This document shows positions 27,501-38,784 of a stretch of DNA of 64,000 nucleotides, in pieces; position 1 is the stretch's first letter; every line of letters begins with the position of its first letter. Below the pieces are notes generated by a model. The model made no database searches, had not been told where the DNA came from, and saw only the letters and a program-made list of their open reading frames with translations. Source of the stretch: Botryllus schlosseri (taxonomy: Eukaryota); NCBI GenBank assembly GCA_051294905.1, contig CM119372.1, positions 12,648,001 through 12,712,000 on the forward strand, written 5' to 3'. The translations under genes and the position numbers were made by a program.

Positions 27501-30500
27501 CATAAAGCCCATTACAGTACATTGCAAATGTCCGTCCCCGGTTAGTATTTTGTTATATGAACCCGAGAAAGGAAAAATAAAGTCCTTCAAACATACACGC
27601 TTTACACCATAGTGAGAAAACTTTCCCGAGCAGGAAACATGACCTTTCCCTGTGCTTTCGTACCGTCGTACACAGACGTACATTAATTTCAAGTCAGAAA
27701 GTGTTGATACGGCTCACGCCGTCTCGGGGGAGAACTGGTCAAAATATTTATGCACCACCGCCAAACCGTGCTTCAATTAAATTTTCGTAGGCTCATGCGA
27801 AATAGATCTGTTTGACGCCTGCAGGGTGGCGTAGGTATATTTTCTACACCCACGCGCGCCGCGCATGACCACAGGTCGTGTCGACAAGCGGAGACACACA
27901 TTTTGAAACACAAAGCAGACAAATGCCTAAAAATCCGATTATTTTAATTCATGACGATCCACAAACGAATCAACGTCATATTTTACTGCGTCAGTTGCTT
28001 CAGGGTTCTACCGTAATTCTAAAACAACAACAATATCGCTCTCAAGGAGCAATGCTTGACTCATATACTTCATGAACATCTAAAAATTGCTCTTGGCGGA
28101 GATTCCATCGCCACTTCGTATCACGAGTGCTAATTTCAACACAGGTCATTATATATACGACGGCCGTAAACCGAACAGCGCAAAATGCGCGTTACACAAC
28201 CGTAACATCTCGAACGTGCTATAAAGGAACCGGTTAATTGTAGCTTAGTACAGTGTGTAGTTGACAAATTATTGTCAGTTTCAGCCGTAGTTAACGGTAA
28301 TGAAACCGGCAATTATACGTCATAATACGATGAATGGTCGACGAATGTAGAAGGCCCGCAAACCGCGCATTCAAGTATTTGAATAGGAACCGATTTCACC
28401 ATCATAGATTAAACACAGATGTCTCATTATTCCGTGACCAAAATACGGGCACTGTTCACATAACAGGATAGGCGCTTCGTGACGAATTCGTTTGTTGGCA
28501 AGCGATTAGATTTATGAAGCATCGCCATAAGCTGGATATCGCATTACAATATCAGCGCGCAGTACAGAGCCATGTTTCATAGATGTAAAAGTAAAGTCAA
28601 TTTCCTCTTACAAGCCATCCCCACGTGTTTACTTTATTGCGCAGCGTATTTGCATCTTCAACACGACATCTACCGAGTATATACCGCCGATCAATCATTG
28701 CAACGCACCGATACCAGGAATAGGTAATAGCTTTCCCATATACCGCGCGAGAGACGATTGGGATAGCAAGTCTGCTATCCGCAATGTTAATGCAGTACGT
28801 GAGCGTCGGCTACATGTATTATATTGCCATCCTTTGACTATCCACTCGAAGTTAACGGCTACCTATCTGAGTCATAAATCGAGATAAGCCTTCAACCGCC
28901 TGTAATTCGATCACAGCGATAACGAAGACCTGCCAATTCGTTCCGGCACGCCGTAACAATTCCCCACAGAGCGGCTCGAATGACACACGATGCGTTCTCC
29001 GCCTTTACGGCCGTTCGATCTGCGATTTATAATCCCTAATCCGGCGTTTGCTGGTTTAAAACTCGGACGGAATCCAGCGGACAACTGTTCGTAGGTCTTT
29101 TCACGTGCGGATATGAATTATTCAAAACCAAGCCGAGGAAAAAGGCCTCTAGCAGCGTGCGCCATTAGGATGAATGAGGGAAGAGATACAATATATGATT
29201 AGGTGACGGCATTTGGTGGGTTGCGTGCAATATCTACAATATGCAGGATTGCAGGTCAATAAGTTACGTCCTGCTGGAAAATGTACCCGTATGGTTGGCA
29301 AAAGCTTTGAAAATATAATCAACAAGTTTCAAATATGCGGAAACGCAAACAACGATTCACCATGACTGCGGCACTCGGCGTGTAAACTCACTCAGGCGAA
29401 AGAAATATAGGAATATGACTATTACTATGTGTACGATGCATTCCTTATGAAAAAGACGTGTGTTTAATGACCGAGCAATCGAGATGTGCAGAAAATATCT
29501 TCGGTGGGACGGAAATAAATCAATGCTCACAGTGCGTAAATATCTTTCACCTCTAATCCACTAACGGCGAATGCGGACACATATCTGACAGTTTTCAAAA
29601 CATCGACAGCGCACACCACGAGTGAGTAACATATAAATAAGCGCCTCGGTGTTGATGACTGTAATGCGCCGTTGCCGTGACAACAGGTGCAGCCAATGAT
29701 AAACGCAATCATGCCGGTTGTGCGCGCGGATCTAGGTAGGATCCCTGGGGTGAAGGGAGTAAATCACTAATACAGCGACTGAGAGTATATTGATCTTGTG
29801 AGATTATCGATCAATCTCAAACGAAAAGCCCTACGGAACACGCACTAAAATGAACTTGCCCGGACACTGTCAGAACAACAGTTGCTAAATCAACTAATTG
29901 CATACGCGGAGTCTCTCAGACTGGCATGCGATATAACAGCGCATTATGACATATTAATAGTGCCGATATGATATTTATTTTACATGACAAGGTTACATTA
30001 CAGAAATTAGGTATGGTGAAATGCTAGGATTGGGGATGTGTCATAACTGATTAGTGATATACTGACATATATATATATATGGAATTATTTGCCCATGCGA
30101 CTGATACGAGGAAGAGCAGCTTAAACGTAATGCTAAGTGTCAAATTTAGTGTTTTGGCGTCTGCCAGTCGAAACTGCGTTCCAAATGCGACCTTCACATA
30201 GTCTGTATGCAATATAAATGGGAAACACCTGTTACCGGATCCGGTTATGTCACTACGATAAAATTTTGACTAAATACGCTGCTGTGGTGACATACATCGA
30301 AATACGCGCGCTATCTGTACCACCTATCGTATATGACCTACGCAAATACTTGGCAATTGGGAATTCTCTAGAAATAATCTAAGCGAAAAGAGACCGCATA
30401 ATCTTCATTAATATTACTCTAGTGTAAGCGTAAGGGATGTTCGCGTAATTGACATTTGGTAGATGTAATAATATTGAGAGCTACCAACTTAAACCTATAG

Positions 30501-33500
30501 CTTTATGCTACATACTTTTAGTGCCGATTGAATTTAAAACAGATTCCGCGTAAATTAAAACGCCCGCGACACGATTGCCTCTTTATTCCATTTGCCTATC
30601 TCACATTTTCGTGAGAGACCGGCCATAGCTCCAAGAGCATCTCTAAACCCAGTTAAGAATATGTAAAAATGCTGGCACTGATTTGCATTGGCCTGAACTA
30701 TGCAAATTCTTTCATTAATATGGATACCATTGAAGGAAGGGGAAGTGTGCGCCTTGTAGGGTAATTAAGGGTTGTACATACATCCGGAAACAGCAAGTCG
30801 ATACTTTTTAGAATCCAATTCCGCTTCTGGAGTTAAATCCTAAAACCGAGAGAGTGTAACAGTAACTCGCCAACTGCATACACAGACGCGTTTACATAAT
30901 CCTATTACGACCATCGCGACCCGCAAAATCAAAATCAGCAATTAGCTCAAATTAAAATTATCTAATCGCCGATGCAAGATTTCGCACAGCACTAGCCCCG
31001 AACGGGTGCGCGTATCTGCTCGATCGCATACGCACGTCGCTCGTCCCGAGTTGTTTACATAGCGTTATCGTACATCCTTAATGGTGCCGATGATACACCG
31101 CAGCCAGGAATTAGTTACGGTGCCCAGCGCATTTGTCATAATTCCGAACGCTGTAATACGAGCGAGACGTATTGTGTTACATTCAATGAACGATCACGTC
31201 TTTACTTTCAGAGCGTTGGAGCTCGAGTCACAACAGATAATCATCTACTAACTAAGTAAATGAAATGACAATCGAGAGCAATAATATGAGCGCCGTGTAG
31301 GCGTTCTCCGTACTAACGACGCTGGAGCGCATGCCGCAAGCTACACTTACAACATTTAAATCCGATTAGAACTCCGCGTAAAAGCCTGATGTTCCTCAGA
31401 TTGTCCTGCGCTGATTATAAATTAATCGTCAAGTAGATCGATCGATAAATCATATTAGGAGCAGAGGTTATTGATATTGTGCTAAGACTATTATCCTGAG
31501 TTCACAGGGCCAAACGTTCCGCTATCAGTAGAAACATTAAGTCAAGGTCAACCACCAAACGCAAATCGATTAGTCGCAAAAGTATCGTTTCGTCTGGCCG
31601 TGGCCAACAGGAATTCATATCCGGCTATTGGTCTGTGCCAGTTACATGCGTATTACGGATGTAGCATAAGTCGTGAATCATATAACTGTTAATACATAGA
31701 CACGCATCAAAAATTTATGTTCGCGTAACATCGAAAGGTGGTTGTAAAATTTACGGCTCAAGTATTGTAACATATTTTCGTTCCATAGCACGGCACACAT
31801 GAGTAATGTTACAATGATATCGAACGAAACGGATATTATGGGCTGTTATAGTAGGCCGAACGGTTATTATAAAAAAAACTACCTGTTTTCAAAATTCCAA
31901 ACTAACATCAAGCTTGGCAGCCAATTAATAAATTCAAGTTCGCTACTCTGTCTGCCGTGCGATTATATCGACCGTCTCACAATTGTCGAAGTGAGATGAC
32001 GAAGTTTCATGTAGTACAGTGCATGATTTATGCAAGCGCGTTATCCCAGCAGAAATAGCATGAATCACTGGACAGACGGCGGAAATAATACCAAGGGAGA
32101 AGGCGTAATGTGTTGAGTGCGAAAGTGAGATCAAACCAGCAGTTCGATACGAGATCTGGCGTAATTTAATTATTGACAGTAGGATATATATGTGCATTGC
32201 GCATCAACGATATCGCATCTACTATCCGTAATACTATATCAAAATATAATCAATTTAGTATTTGCATTCGAGATTACCCGGTGAAATTATGTCAAATCGT
32301 AGGGGACACGGGACGCTGACAAAGGCCCGTATATTGTGCATCGAAAAGTTGACTATGGTGACCTATTATGACGCGTAAATAAAGGAGTGCACACTGCGCA
32401 AGTAAACAATGTGAAACAGTCGTAACAAGGAGGTCGGAAAAGTTGATTCAAGGCCAAAAAACGAACAGGCTGCGATTCAATATAAGAGGCGTATTATCGC
32501 TAATCCATAATCTTATTGTTGAGTAGCGCCGGGTGCGATGGCTCATAATTACGAGAGAGCGCTCCAATCCGGCGTTTAACTTAATATCAATAATGTATAC
32601 CGCAAACGCCAACTCAAAGGCCAGGCCGAATCGCCACGGCGCATCCCGCAGCGACATTGTAGGTCGTGCCGAAACCGCCGTCGCTGGGTAGCTTGAGGGC
32701 AGCGATACGGTGTATCGGCATAAATAAACATGTTAGTCAGAAGTGGAAAAACACAATGACCTTGTAATCAAGGCCGTCATGCGCCGCAGCGTGCACCAAA
32801 AACCATGCCCGACACTTACGTTTAATTAATACCCTTCTATTACCGGCTGATTACGTGGAAAGAAGTTCTGTAGTATGAATTGTTTTACGCCATCAATCCA
32901 AGCAGGACCAAATTCTTAACGAGACCCCAAATAGTATCTCGAGTTTATAACATGTATCGACTTATCTTTAGAACGACACTTCTATTCCAACACAATTCCT
33001 TTCAAAACATCAAAAATTCTGCGAATCCTGCTCTCGACGTTAAGCGCGGGTTTTAAGGAGAGCCTACGAGGCTTTGCGAATATCCCTCCGCGGATAAGCA
33101 ACCGATCGCGGTAGTACATCTCAAGACCCGTCTCTATTAATAAAGGCACTGCCTGCGCGCAAAGAACCGTGAAATCAAAGCCAGTCAAAGAACGTATTTG
33201 TTAAGGTTACCTTTTCCGTTCTCATTTTCTTGCTGGAATTTAACGGGCCGCCATTGATACCGCCTCTATCCCTTTTACCGGCGATCGCTTGATCCCCGGC
33301 GCTATCTGCGTTGCTTAGTGGAGACGGTGATTTATTGCCTTGAATTCGGAGGTTGGTATACTTCATAGCAGTCGGGATCGATACGCTCTTCTTATGCTTG
33401 CCGAAGGCGGCTTTAACAACGGGGCCATCATTCGTAACGTTGTATTTGTTCCCCGGTATGGCTTCCGGTATCGAAGTGTTCGGGGTTGTTACTGCGGTCG

Positions 33501-34332
33501 AAGTGTTGTTGTTCGTAGCCGCCGATACGTTTGGCTTTGCCATTTGAGTAGAATTACCAAAAGCAGTGCGGCCTAACTTGGCGTTTATAGAAGAGGTGCC
33601 GTCATTCTGCGATGAAGTATACGACATATTTGTCGACGATGAAGCGCCTGAAGTACTGTACGAAGTCACGTGCTTGGTAGTGTTTTTGCCGGCTTTGCTC
33701 TGCCTTTCTCTGTCTTTCGAGCCGGCGATATCGGCCTTTCTTTCGCCGTTGCTGATGTTCCTGTGCTTTTTTTGACTCCGGCTCGATTTGGCAGTTTGCG
33801 AAGTTTCCTGCTTATTGGCGCTGCGCGCGCATTCATCGTTCGTCGAATGCGAGTCGATTTTCGCGGGAAGACTTCCCGAAGTCGAGGTGACATGTTTTAC
33901 ACCGGTCGCGGACTTTGCGGATTTTTTGGATTTCGATCTGTGTTTGCTTGCTGTCGGCAAATGTGAGCTCTCGGCCGAAGATGGCATCGGTTTGAAAATC
34001 GCGTTGGTATTTCCGGCGCTTTCGCCCATACTCGCCTTCGAATCGACTACCGCAGTCGACACCGGTACAGACCCGCTGCCCGACCCTTTGACGCAATTGT
34101 TATTGTTTACGTTACGGGCATCGTTTTTTCTCTGTTCTTCATTCTGGAGATCGGTGTCAAGGTCCATGATCAAGTCCCCCACCGGTATTTCGATGCCCCA
34201 TTCGTCGCCCGAGTCGCTATCCTCGTGCATATCGTTTCGTTTCCGCGGTATCCCGAAGGAATTCGCTGTTGAAGCGGGTACAGCGGAGCCAGCACTGATA
34301 CTGTGATGTCCAGACGTGGGAGTTGAAGTCAT
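548..34332 (-). CDS. ZNF608/ZNF609: Zinc finger protein 608/609 orthologue (scribbler/brakeless family transcriptional co-regulator); 17 coding exons, ~1726 aa
   Basis: Recognised family motifs occur in the correct order: [23 protein letters not shown] (cf. [21 protein letters not shown]); KKMRTEK; [57 protein letters not shown]; [10 protein letters not shown]; a single C2H2 finger [24 protein letters not shown]; [11 protein letters not shown]; C-terminal APFPKRREIP*. All 16 introns are GT-AG with matching phases. Exon lengths sum to 5181 nt (1727 codons including the stop). Confidence 0.95.
622..688 (-). CDS. ZNF608/ZNF609: ZNF608/609 coding exon 16 ([21 protein letters not shown])
   Basis: Acceptor tctttccag, donor AG|gtacgt, phase 1 to 2; resembles the vertebrate C-terminal Ala-rich...FP segment. 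Confidence 0.85.
1028..1575. mobile_element. Truncated non-autonomous hAT-like element carrying a transposase C-terminal remnant (minus strand), in a ZNF608 intron
   Basis: Starts TAGGGCGTTTTTT; direct-orientation sister of 38785-39694; decayed [10 protein letters not shown]...KDxxFLPxNVGKYL. Confidence 0.7.
1612..1785 (-). CDS. ZNF608/ZNF609: ZNF608/609 coding exon 15 (His-rich [11 protein letters not shown] motif)
   Basis: Acceptor tctcttcatag, donor C|gtaagt; matches the QRHLHTHHHTH motif of ZNF608. Confidence 0.9.
1847..1986 (-). CDS. ZNF608/ZNF609: ZNF608/609 coding exon 14
   Basis: Acceptor tttttgctcgacag; phase 2 to 1 bridges exons 13 and 15. The donor is ambiguous between 1847 and 1844 (same phase). 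Confidence 0.75.
2567..2717 (-). CDS. ZNF608/ZNF609: ZNF608/609 coding exon 13
   Basis: Acceptor ataacag|cag, donor CG|gtaagt; YFP-AAYM resembles SYPGAYL. Confidence 0.85.
2783..2918 (-). CDS. ZNF608/ZNF609: ZNF608/609 coding exon 12 (Pro/Tyr-rich)
   Basis: Acceptor ttgtttcgcag, donor G|gtatgt; [13 protein letters not shown]. Confidence 0.85.
3062..3330. repeat. Degenerate tandem array (about 4 units of gggaagctgat...aaaaggtcagcacc...gacctactc)
   Basis: The motifs recur at roughly 60-80-nt spacing inside intron 2919-3387. Confidence 0.7.
3388..3693 (-). CDS. ZNF608/ZNF609: ZNF608/609 coding exon 11
   Basis: Acceptor tgctttcag, donor AAG|gtagga, 306 nt, phase 0/0, in the frame of ORF 3340..3606. 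Confidence 0.85.
4200..4413 (-). CDS. ZNF608/ZNF609: ZNF608/609 coding exon 10
   Basis: Acceptor aattttcag, donor CAG|gtgggt; frame of ORF 4170..4397. Confidence 0.85.
4477..5750 (-). CDS. ZNF608/ZNF609: ZNF608/609 coding exon 9 (large, low-complexity P/Q/S/G)
   Basis: Core of the 430-aa ORF 4473..5765; acceptor gtcttgcag, donor AC|gtaagt. Confidence 0.9.
6487..6602 (-). CDS. ZNF608/ZNF609: ZNF608/609 coding exon 8 (contains [12 protein letters not shown])
   Basis: Acceptor cttattttcag, donor CAC|gtaagg; phase 1 to 0 joins exons 7 and 9. Confidence 0.85.
6664..7205 (-). CDS. ZNF608/ZNF609: ZNF608/609 coding exon 7 (second half of the C2H2 finger)
   Basis: Acceptor cttccttcacag|C gives [14 protein letters not shown] and completes C-x4-C-x3-Y-x5-L-x2-H-x4-H; donor G|gtaagc. 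Confidence 0.9.
7399..7515 (-). mobile_element. Degenerate copy of the hammerhead-bearing PLE-derived repeat family
   Basis: Aligns with 52081-52180; core reads CTGACAA...GAAAATGTTCCGGGT. Confidence 0.65.
7934..8550. mobile_element. ~615-bp foldback MITE (whole element is an imperfect palindrome)
   Basis: TAGGGCTGTTCAAAAATAAC...GTTATTTTTGAACAGCCCTA; the arms pair up to a centre near 8235-8245; flanks are tgtgcc / tgtgca. Confidence 0.9.
8723..8804 (-). CDS. ZNF608/ZNF609: ZNF608/609 coding exon 6 (first half of the C2H2 finger)
   Basis: [18 protein letters not shown] matches CSSPVLIDCPHPNCNKKY; acceptor gtgtcgcag, donor AG|gtgtgt. Confidence 0.92.
9845..9910 (-). mobile_element. Degenerate copy of the hammerhead-bearing PLE-derived repeat family
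   Basis: tgaacccgaatattttcgg...tcagaggtaatcgacagcaa matches the family consensus; the catalytic core has lost CG. Confidence 0.6.
11510..11669 (-). CDS. ZNF608/ZNF609: ZNF608/609 coding exon 5
   Basis: Acceptor gatttttccag, donor G|gtatgt; KSAKRAR aligns with the KRVRT segment. Confidence 0.85.
12614..12791 (-). CDS. ZNF608/ZNF609: ZNF608/609 coding exon 4
   Basis: GRPKRQR...[15 protein letters not shown]; acceptor ttgtag, donor AAG|gtatgt. Confidence 0.9.
12856..12943 (-). CDS. ZNF608/ZNF609: ZNF608/609 coding exon 3 ([28 protein letters not shown])
   Basis: Near-identical to the conserved brakeless/ZNF608 domain; acceptor tttacag, donor AG|gtgagt. Confidence 0.97.
13157..13467. repeat. 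Dispersed ~310-bp repeat, copy 1 (unclassified)
   Basis: Colinear diverged match to 17567-17868 (tactgaaa.tatag...cctagcattgt.tcaaagcgcaa...cataaaaggt). Confidence 0.7.
14566..14983 (-). CDS. ZNF608/ZNF609: ZNF608/609 coding exon 2 (ends [21 protein letters not shown])
   Basis: Acceptor ttccgttcag (phase 0), donor G|gtgagt; conserved domain. Confidence 0.95.
17567..17868. repeat. Dispersed ~300-bp repeat, copy 2 (unclassified)
   Basis: Colinear diverged match to 13157-13467. Confidence 0.7.
17940..18001. mobile_element. Small palindromic remnant of the hammerhead-family 3' tail
   Basis: tgaatattatattcatattgaaacgtacccgaatat is joined to atactattcaattg, i.e. both orientations of the family tail. 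Confidence 0.5.
19541..19660. repeat. Short tandem array of ~16-18-bp ACCGAGAATG(GACACC) units, probably a MITE end
   Basis: About 6 directly visible units following GGTGTCCGGTCAAT. Confidence 0.8.
21032..21089. repeat. Perfect 29-bp tandem duplication
   Basis: gaaagcacacagcgcacaagcttacacaa x2. Confidence 0.9.
23776..23870 (+). mobile_element. Degenerate copy of the hammerhead-bearing PLE-derived repeat family
   Basis: ttgctgacgatagccc...gaaaatattcgggt...cattcaattgtatattgaa; core altered (CTAATGA). Confidence 0.6.
33211..34332 (-). CDS. ZNF608/ZNF609: ZNF608/609 coding exon 1 (374 codons, ends KKMRTEK)
   Basis: ORF 33175..34332; N-terminal DSGDEW...DLD motif; donor AAG|gtaacc. An upstream acceptor ttttttcgcgcgttcgcag at 34399 gives 66 nt of 5' UTR in this exon. 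Confidence 0.93.
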
Positions 34333-34477
34333 AATTTGATATCGATTACGCGCTCTAGCTTTACATCAGTAAGACTACACAGGCATATTTCAAACAATCT
34401 GCGAACGCGCGAAAAAAGTTGCTATCGTGCTGATAACAAAATGCGGAAAACGCAACGGTCATCTAAAACAAACTTAC

Positions 34478-34560
34478 TTCGTTGTACCATGTCGGATTGC
34501 GTTGGCAGAATTAAACAGAGTTCTCACAGCACGTGAACACTATAACCTGTCTTTGGCATC
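34478..34560 (-). other. Putative non-coding 5' UTR exon of the ZNF608/609 gene (5' boundary uncertain)
   Basis: Strong donor AA|gtaagt at 34477 and acceptor at 34399 define a 79-nt intron. Confidence 0.5.
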
Positions 34561-37500
34561 TTAATTGAACACCTTTCTCAAAATTAAGCACGGTCGCTTT
34601 CGCATGCTCCTTGCCATAATCCCACAGTATCTGGGTGGTCGAGGCAATGACACTATCTGTGTACGATATCCTAATCTGTGATATCGGATTATCTGGTGTG
34701 CGGCTTTTGGATGATGTTCAACTTTAAACGCAATGCGAATGTGCAATAGTAAAGATATCGATTACGAGTTGGTTTGCTGCAGGATTTATGTGCGAAAATA
34801 GATTCGACTAAACAACGCCAACATCAACCTACCAGTAGGTCATAGTTGATTTTTAATATTCTCGTTACACCAATATATCGTATTCAAATAATCAGTGACA
34901 TACTGAAGAAATTATCCACATCACACATTGATTAGGCGGTAATAAGATTACTACATATGATCGGGTTATAAAAAAAATCAGTATTCGTTTAAAAGACTAG
35001 CAAACCATTCCGGCCGATCGTAACGAGGGGAGTCGGCTAGGTAGACTGCCGGGTTCCCACGCATGTGAACGAGGCAGAAAATCAATATCATCGCCGAAGA
35101 TAAGTTACGTTGGCAGCAATGAAATGTATATGTTATTAACATATCACAATATAGCCTGACACGTACGTTCACTAATGGGACTCATACGTTATCCACTAAA
35201 ATGCCTAGGTACAACCCCAACTAATATATTATAACTCAAATGACAGCACATAGATACGACAACCTGTATAATATCTTGGACTATAACTGGAGGTCGTTGC
35301 TGCTGCAACTCTTTCTGATCTACTTGAATCACGCATTCTACTTAACGCATTTCATCTGCGACAAAACAAACCTTTAGCACGGAAGCTATGACAGCCGGCA
35401 CTAAGAACCACGAGGCTGGCTATCTGGCATCATCTTTGTGTCGAAATCGGCTATCGCCGACCTAGCTTTGTTTCTTTATTGCCTCTCGTTTTTCACTTAT
35501 CACCCGCTCCCCGTGTATCTTTGGTTATAGCGTCACAGACGCTACGAGTATCGACTCTCTCGAACGCAGAACACGGAACGTAAATTCATTTTATTCGGAC
35601 CTCAAGTCGCGATTGGCCGACAACGTATTACAAACGTGAATACTTGCAGAACGCTTTCGTATCGATTTGGCTGGGACAAAAATTTTATCTTGTAGCTTAC
35701 AAGCAAATTGATTGCAGAATACAAATATATTGAATTTTGACCGTCGGTACAACATATGCCGATTGCGTAGCCCAACGCCGTCAGACAGTCAGTCTGCCTC
35801 AAGTAGTTGATCGGCATACCCAAAACGGTTATAGTTCGTATGATATAAATTAAATCCTATCCTCAGTTAATATCACGTATAATGGCTAGTGCATTGAGAC
35901 AGTATCATGAATTTGACGTCACACTACGTTACACTTCATCTCGGAGAATTCGAAATCGGCGTTGCTTTGATGAATTTGTTTAAGTTCCTGTGTTGCCAAG
36001 TAAGCAAGTAAAACCAGCTAGTTTCACGAAGATAATAAAGATAATTGGATGTTCAAGTATACGCCCTCGCACAACAATCTCCTTCTGAGCCACTCCAACG
36101 AATTAGCGATTCCGTGTGTCAGGAAAATAAATACCTTTGAGAAATATCAATTACAGTTTCTGATGCATCATGAATGCGACCAAATTTTGCTTTTTGCAAT
36201 CTCGCGTAATCATTAATGCATGACTGAAAAACTAGGCTCTGACACCGGTCGCACTCATGAAAAGACGCCGTTTCTGTAAATTCTGCTTGAAGCCGGAGAG
36301 AACCGCTTCTGTAAAAGGCGCACTTTCAACACCTTTAACCCGTTGGTCACGTAGTGCACGCGCACGGTTCAAATGGCATGTGCCGACTACCGATACGCGG
36401 CGAAGCGTTCTTAGAAGTTGATGTCGATGGATATTAATCACAAAAGGGATTGAAATGCCAAGACGGAAGTATTTGTCCAGAACGCATCAAATACATTGAG
36501 ATTTTGAAGAAATGATGGCTCGGCATACTTGGAATACTAATGTGCAATACATCGGGGTACAGTAGCGCGACAATTTCTATTCTACCAATACCCAATCGCA
36601 TAGTTCAATATACCACATCCAAAAGTCGTCAATGTTGTGCCAGCTGCATGTATTTTATTGGAAAAATATGTCGATTTGTAGTCACGGGTGATTAGCCCAT
36701 CCAAATGTCTTGACGGCTTCATAATGAATTATAATCTTATCCTTAACATAATCAATAATCATACTTGCACAACTGCCTCTTCATAACACATACATAAATA
36801 CACGCAGTACGAAGAACTGTATACAGCAATTGTATTAACATGTTAAAAGATAAACAAACACTTAGAGTGTGTAATAATGTGTATTTGGCCGTAATACGAT
36901 CCAGACGTTTTCATTTTGGATTGCAATATGGAAGACATGTTTTGATATTATTTGCTTTTTATCGTTATTGCTAATGATAATTCGAGTGTTTAACAATCCG
37001 ACCTTGTTAGGAATTGATATCTAAGAAAACTAGCAATTACGTGTGGCCGCAGGGATTAAGCGTGGCCGCAGGGATACAATTAGGTTAATACGTGAGGTTT
37101 GAATAAGTTTATATCTCGAGATAGATATAAGCTTCCCAGATATTGTGGCATTCCGGCCGCGAGCTATAAACGGTTAAGCCGTTTCTATGTCTGTTCTTGT
37201 ACAATACAATGCGAAACTGAACAAGGCAGCTATAGCATATTTTGCTGCCTCAGCGACTCCAGTAACGTGTTTTCAGATCTACGATTGCTCTTTGCACGAT
37301 TGCCGGAATTCCACACAACTGAGTAACCCTAATTTCTCTCTGATGATATAACAGCAGCAAAAAACATATTCGCATTGTAGTGATATTCTCGCTGTAGTTA
37401 TGAAATATTTTTATCATCTTTGTCCGTATATATCGACGACGTCGCGCAGTACGATATCTTTTAATCGGCGTGAAACAATAGAACATATAATCGCCGATCC

Positions 37501-38784
37501 AGTTGACGTATTGTCACCGATCTCTAAGGGAAATGCGTCATCGCGGGTGGACATAGTGAGCTTTACTTACTCGGAGTAGGCATTTATTGCACCGTAAACA
37601 TGAACGGCCTTCTGCATACAGCTCCGATGTTTTATGGTCGTGATATAAGTAGCTTCTTACTCGAAATATAGTTTCTGATTGCAGTTCGCTAAACAACAGC
37701 GGTGATCTATTATCAAATGTCACTGAGCGTCCGTTTACGGGCTTATGACATATATATTTTTCATCAGTGCCACATCATTAATATTTTTATATATCCCGAG
37801 TCCCGACTCACTAGGTCATCTTCAAATATTTTCTGTGTCGTGACGTAGAGATTTCCTCGTTCATCTTTAAGTATCCTTATTAATAACAATGAGCTATATT
37901 AAAATATTTACCAATATCTCCTCCACCGTAATCCGGAGAAGTGCGTATTTCGGAATTAGACTTACGACAATCTGATTCGCTATGTTTGCGAAAATTAGTT
38001 GGGCTCTGCAATGGATTCGATTGATGTTGAATACCCTTTGGTCAGCCAGCGGATTTGAGGTCGGGTTGAACATTGACATGATGTCAGTGTAATTCCGCGT
38101 TTGAATTGCCGAACGCAAATTGGGGTTTAGGATGAAAATATTTTACTTGCCGTCATAGGTCGTGACCTTGCATGGGAAGCGACTAAAAGAAAGGAGCGAG
38201 CAACTAGGCACTAGAAATACACCGATCAACCGAAGTTTTTGTAAGTCTCGCTATTATTTTTTTGCGCGACGTACTCTATTTTGCATGCAAACGTTCATTG
38301 TTAAAATACAAAGGAATTAAAAACGATCATAAAAAACGTTGGGAGTGTGCCACTAATGTAAGGAACCGAAGACATGCATTTACTACGATAAGTCAATTTG
38401 CTAGATAGAAGATTGAAAGATGTAAAAGCGAGTCTATGCGCTGGGCAATCGTACACATCCGTCCATATTACACCATAGTGAACTTGCGATCTTAATATTT
38501 ATATAGGATTCAAAAGAGACGGCAATATCATTTGACGCAGAAATGCCAAATTCCATAGCGCGATGTTATGATGCGTTGGGAATACGCCTATGCAGTATTC
38601 AAACGGCTCTAGGAGATGACGCCTATACACGTTAAGATCGACATCAAAGCGTTATATGTACTTAATTCTGATTTTTATCTGTTCATCGCCAAGTGCTAAC
38701 CAAATATGTCTCGTGCTGAATGCGCCACTTTTATATTATCACCACGGTAAATTATTGGTAAATGACTCGTAGATGACTCATGAC

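Noticed and set aside
35518-35530. TCTTTGGTTAT resembling the 5' end of miR-9
   Set aside because: The match stops after 11 nt and I see no complementary hairpin arm.
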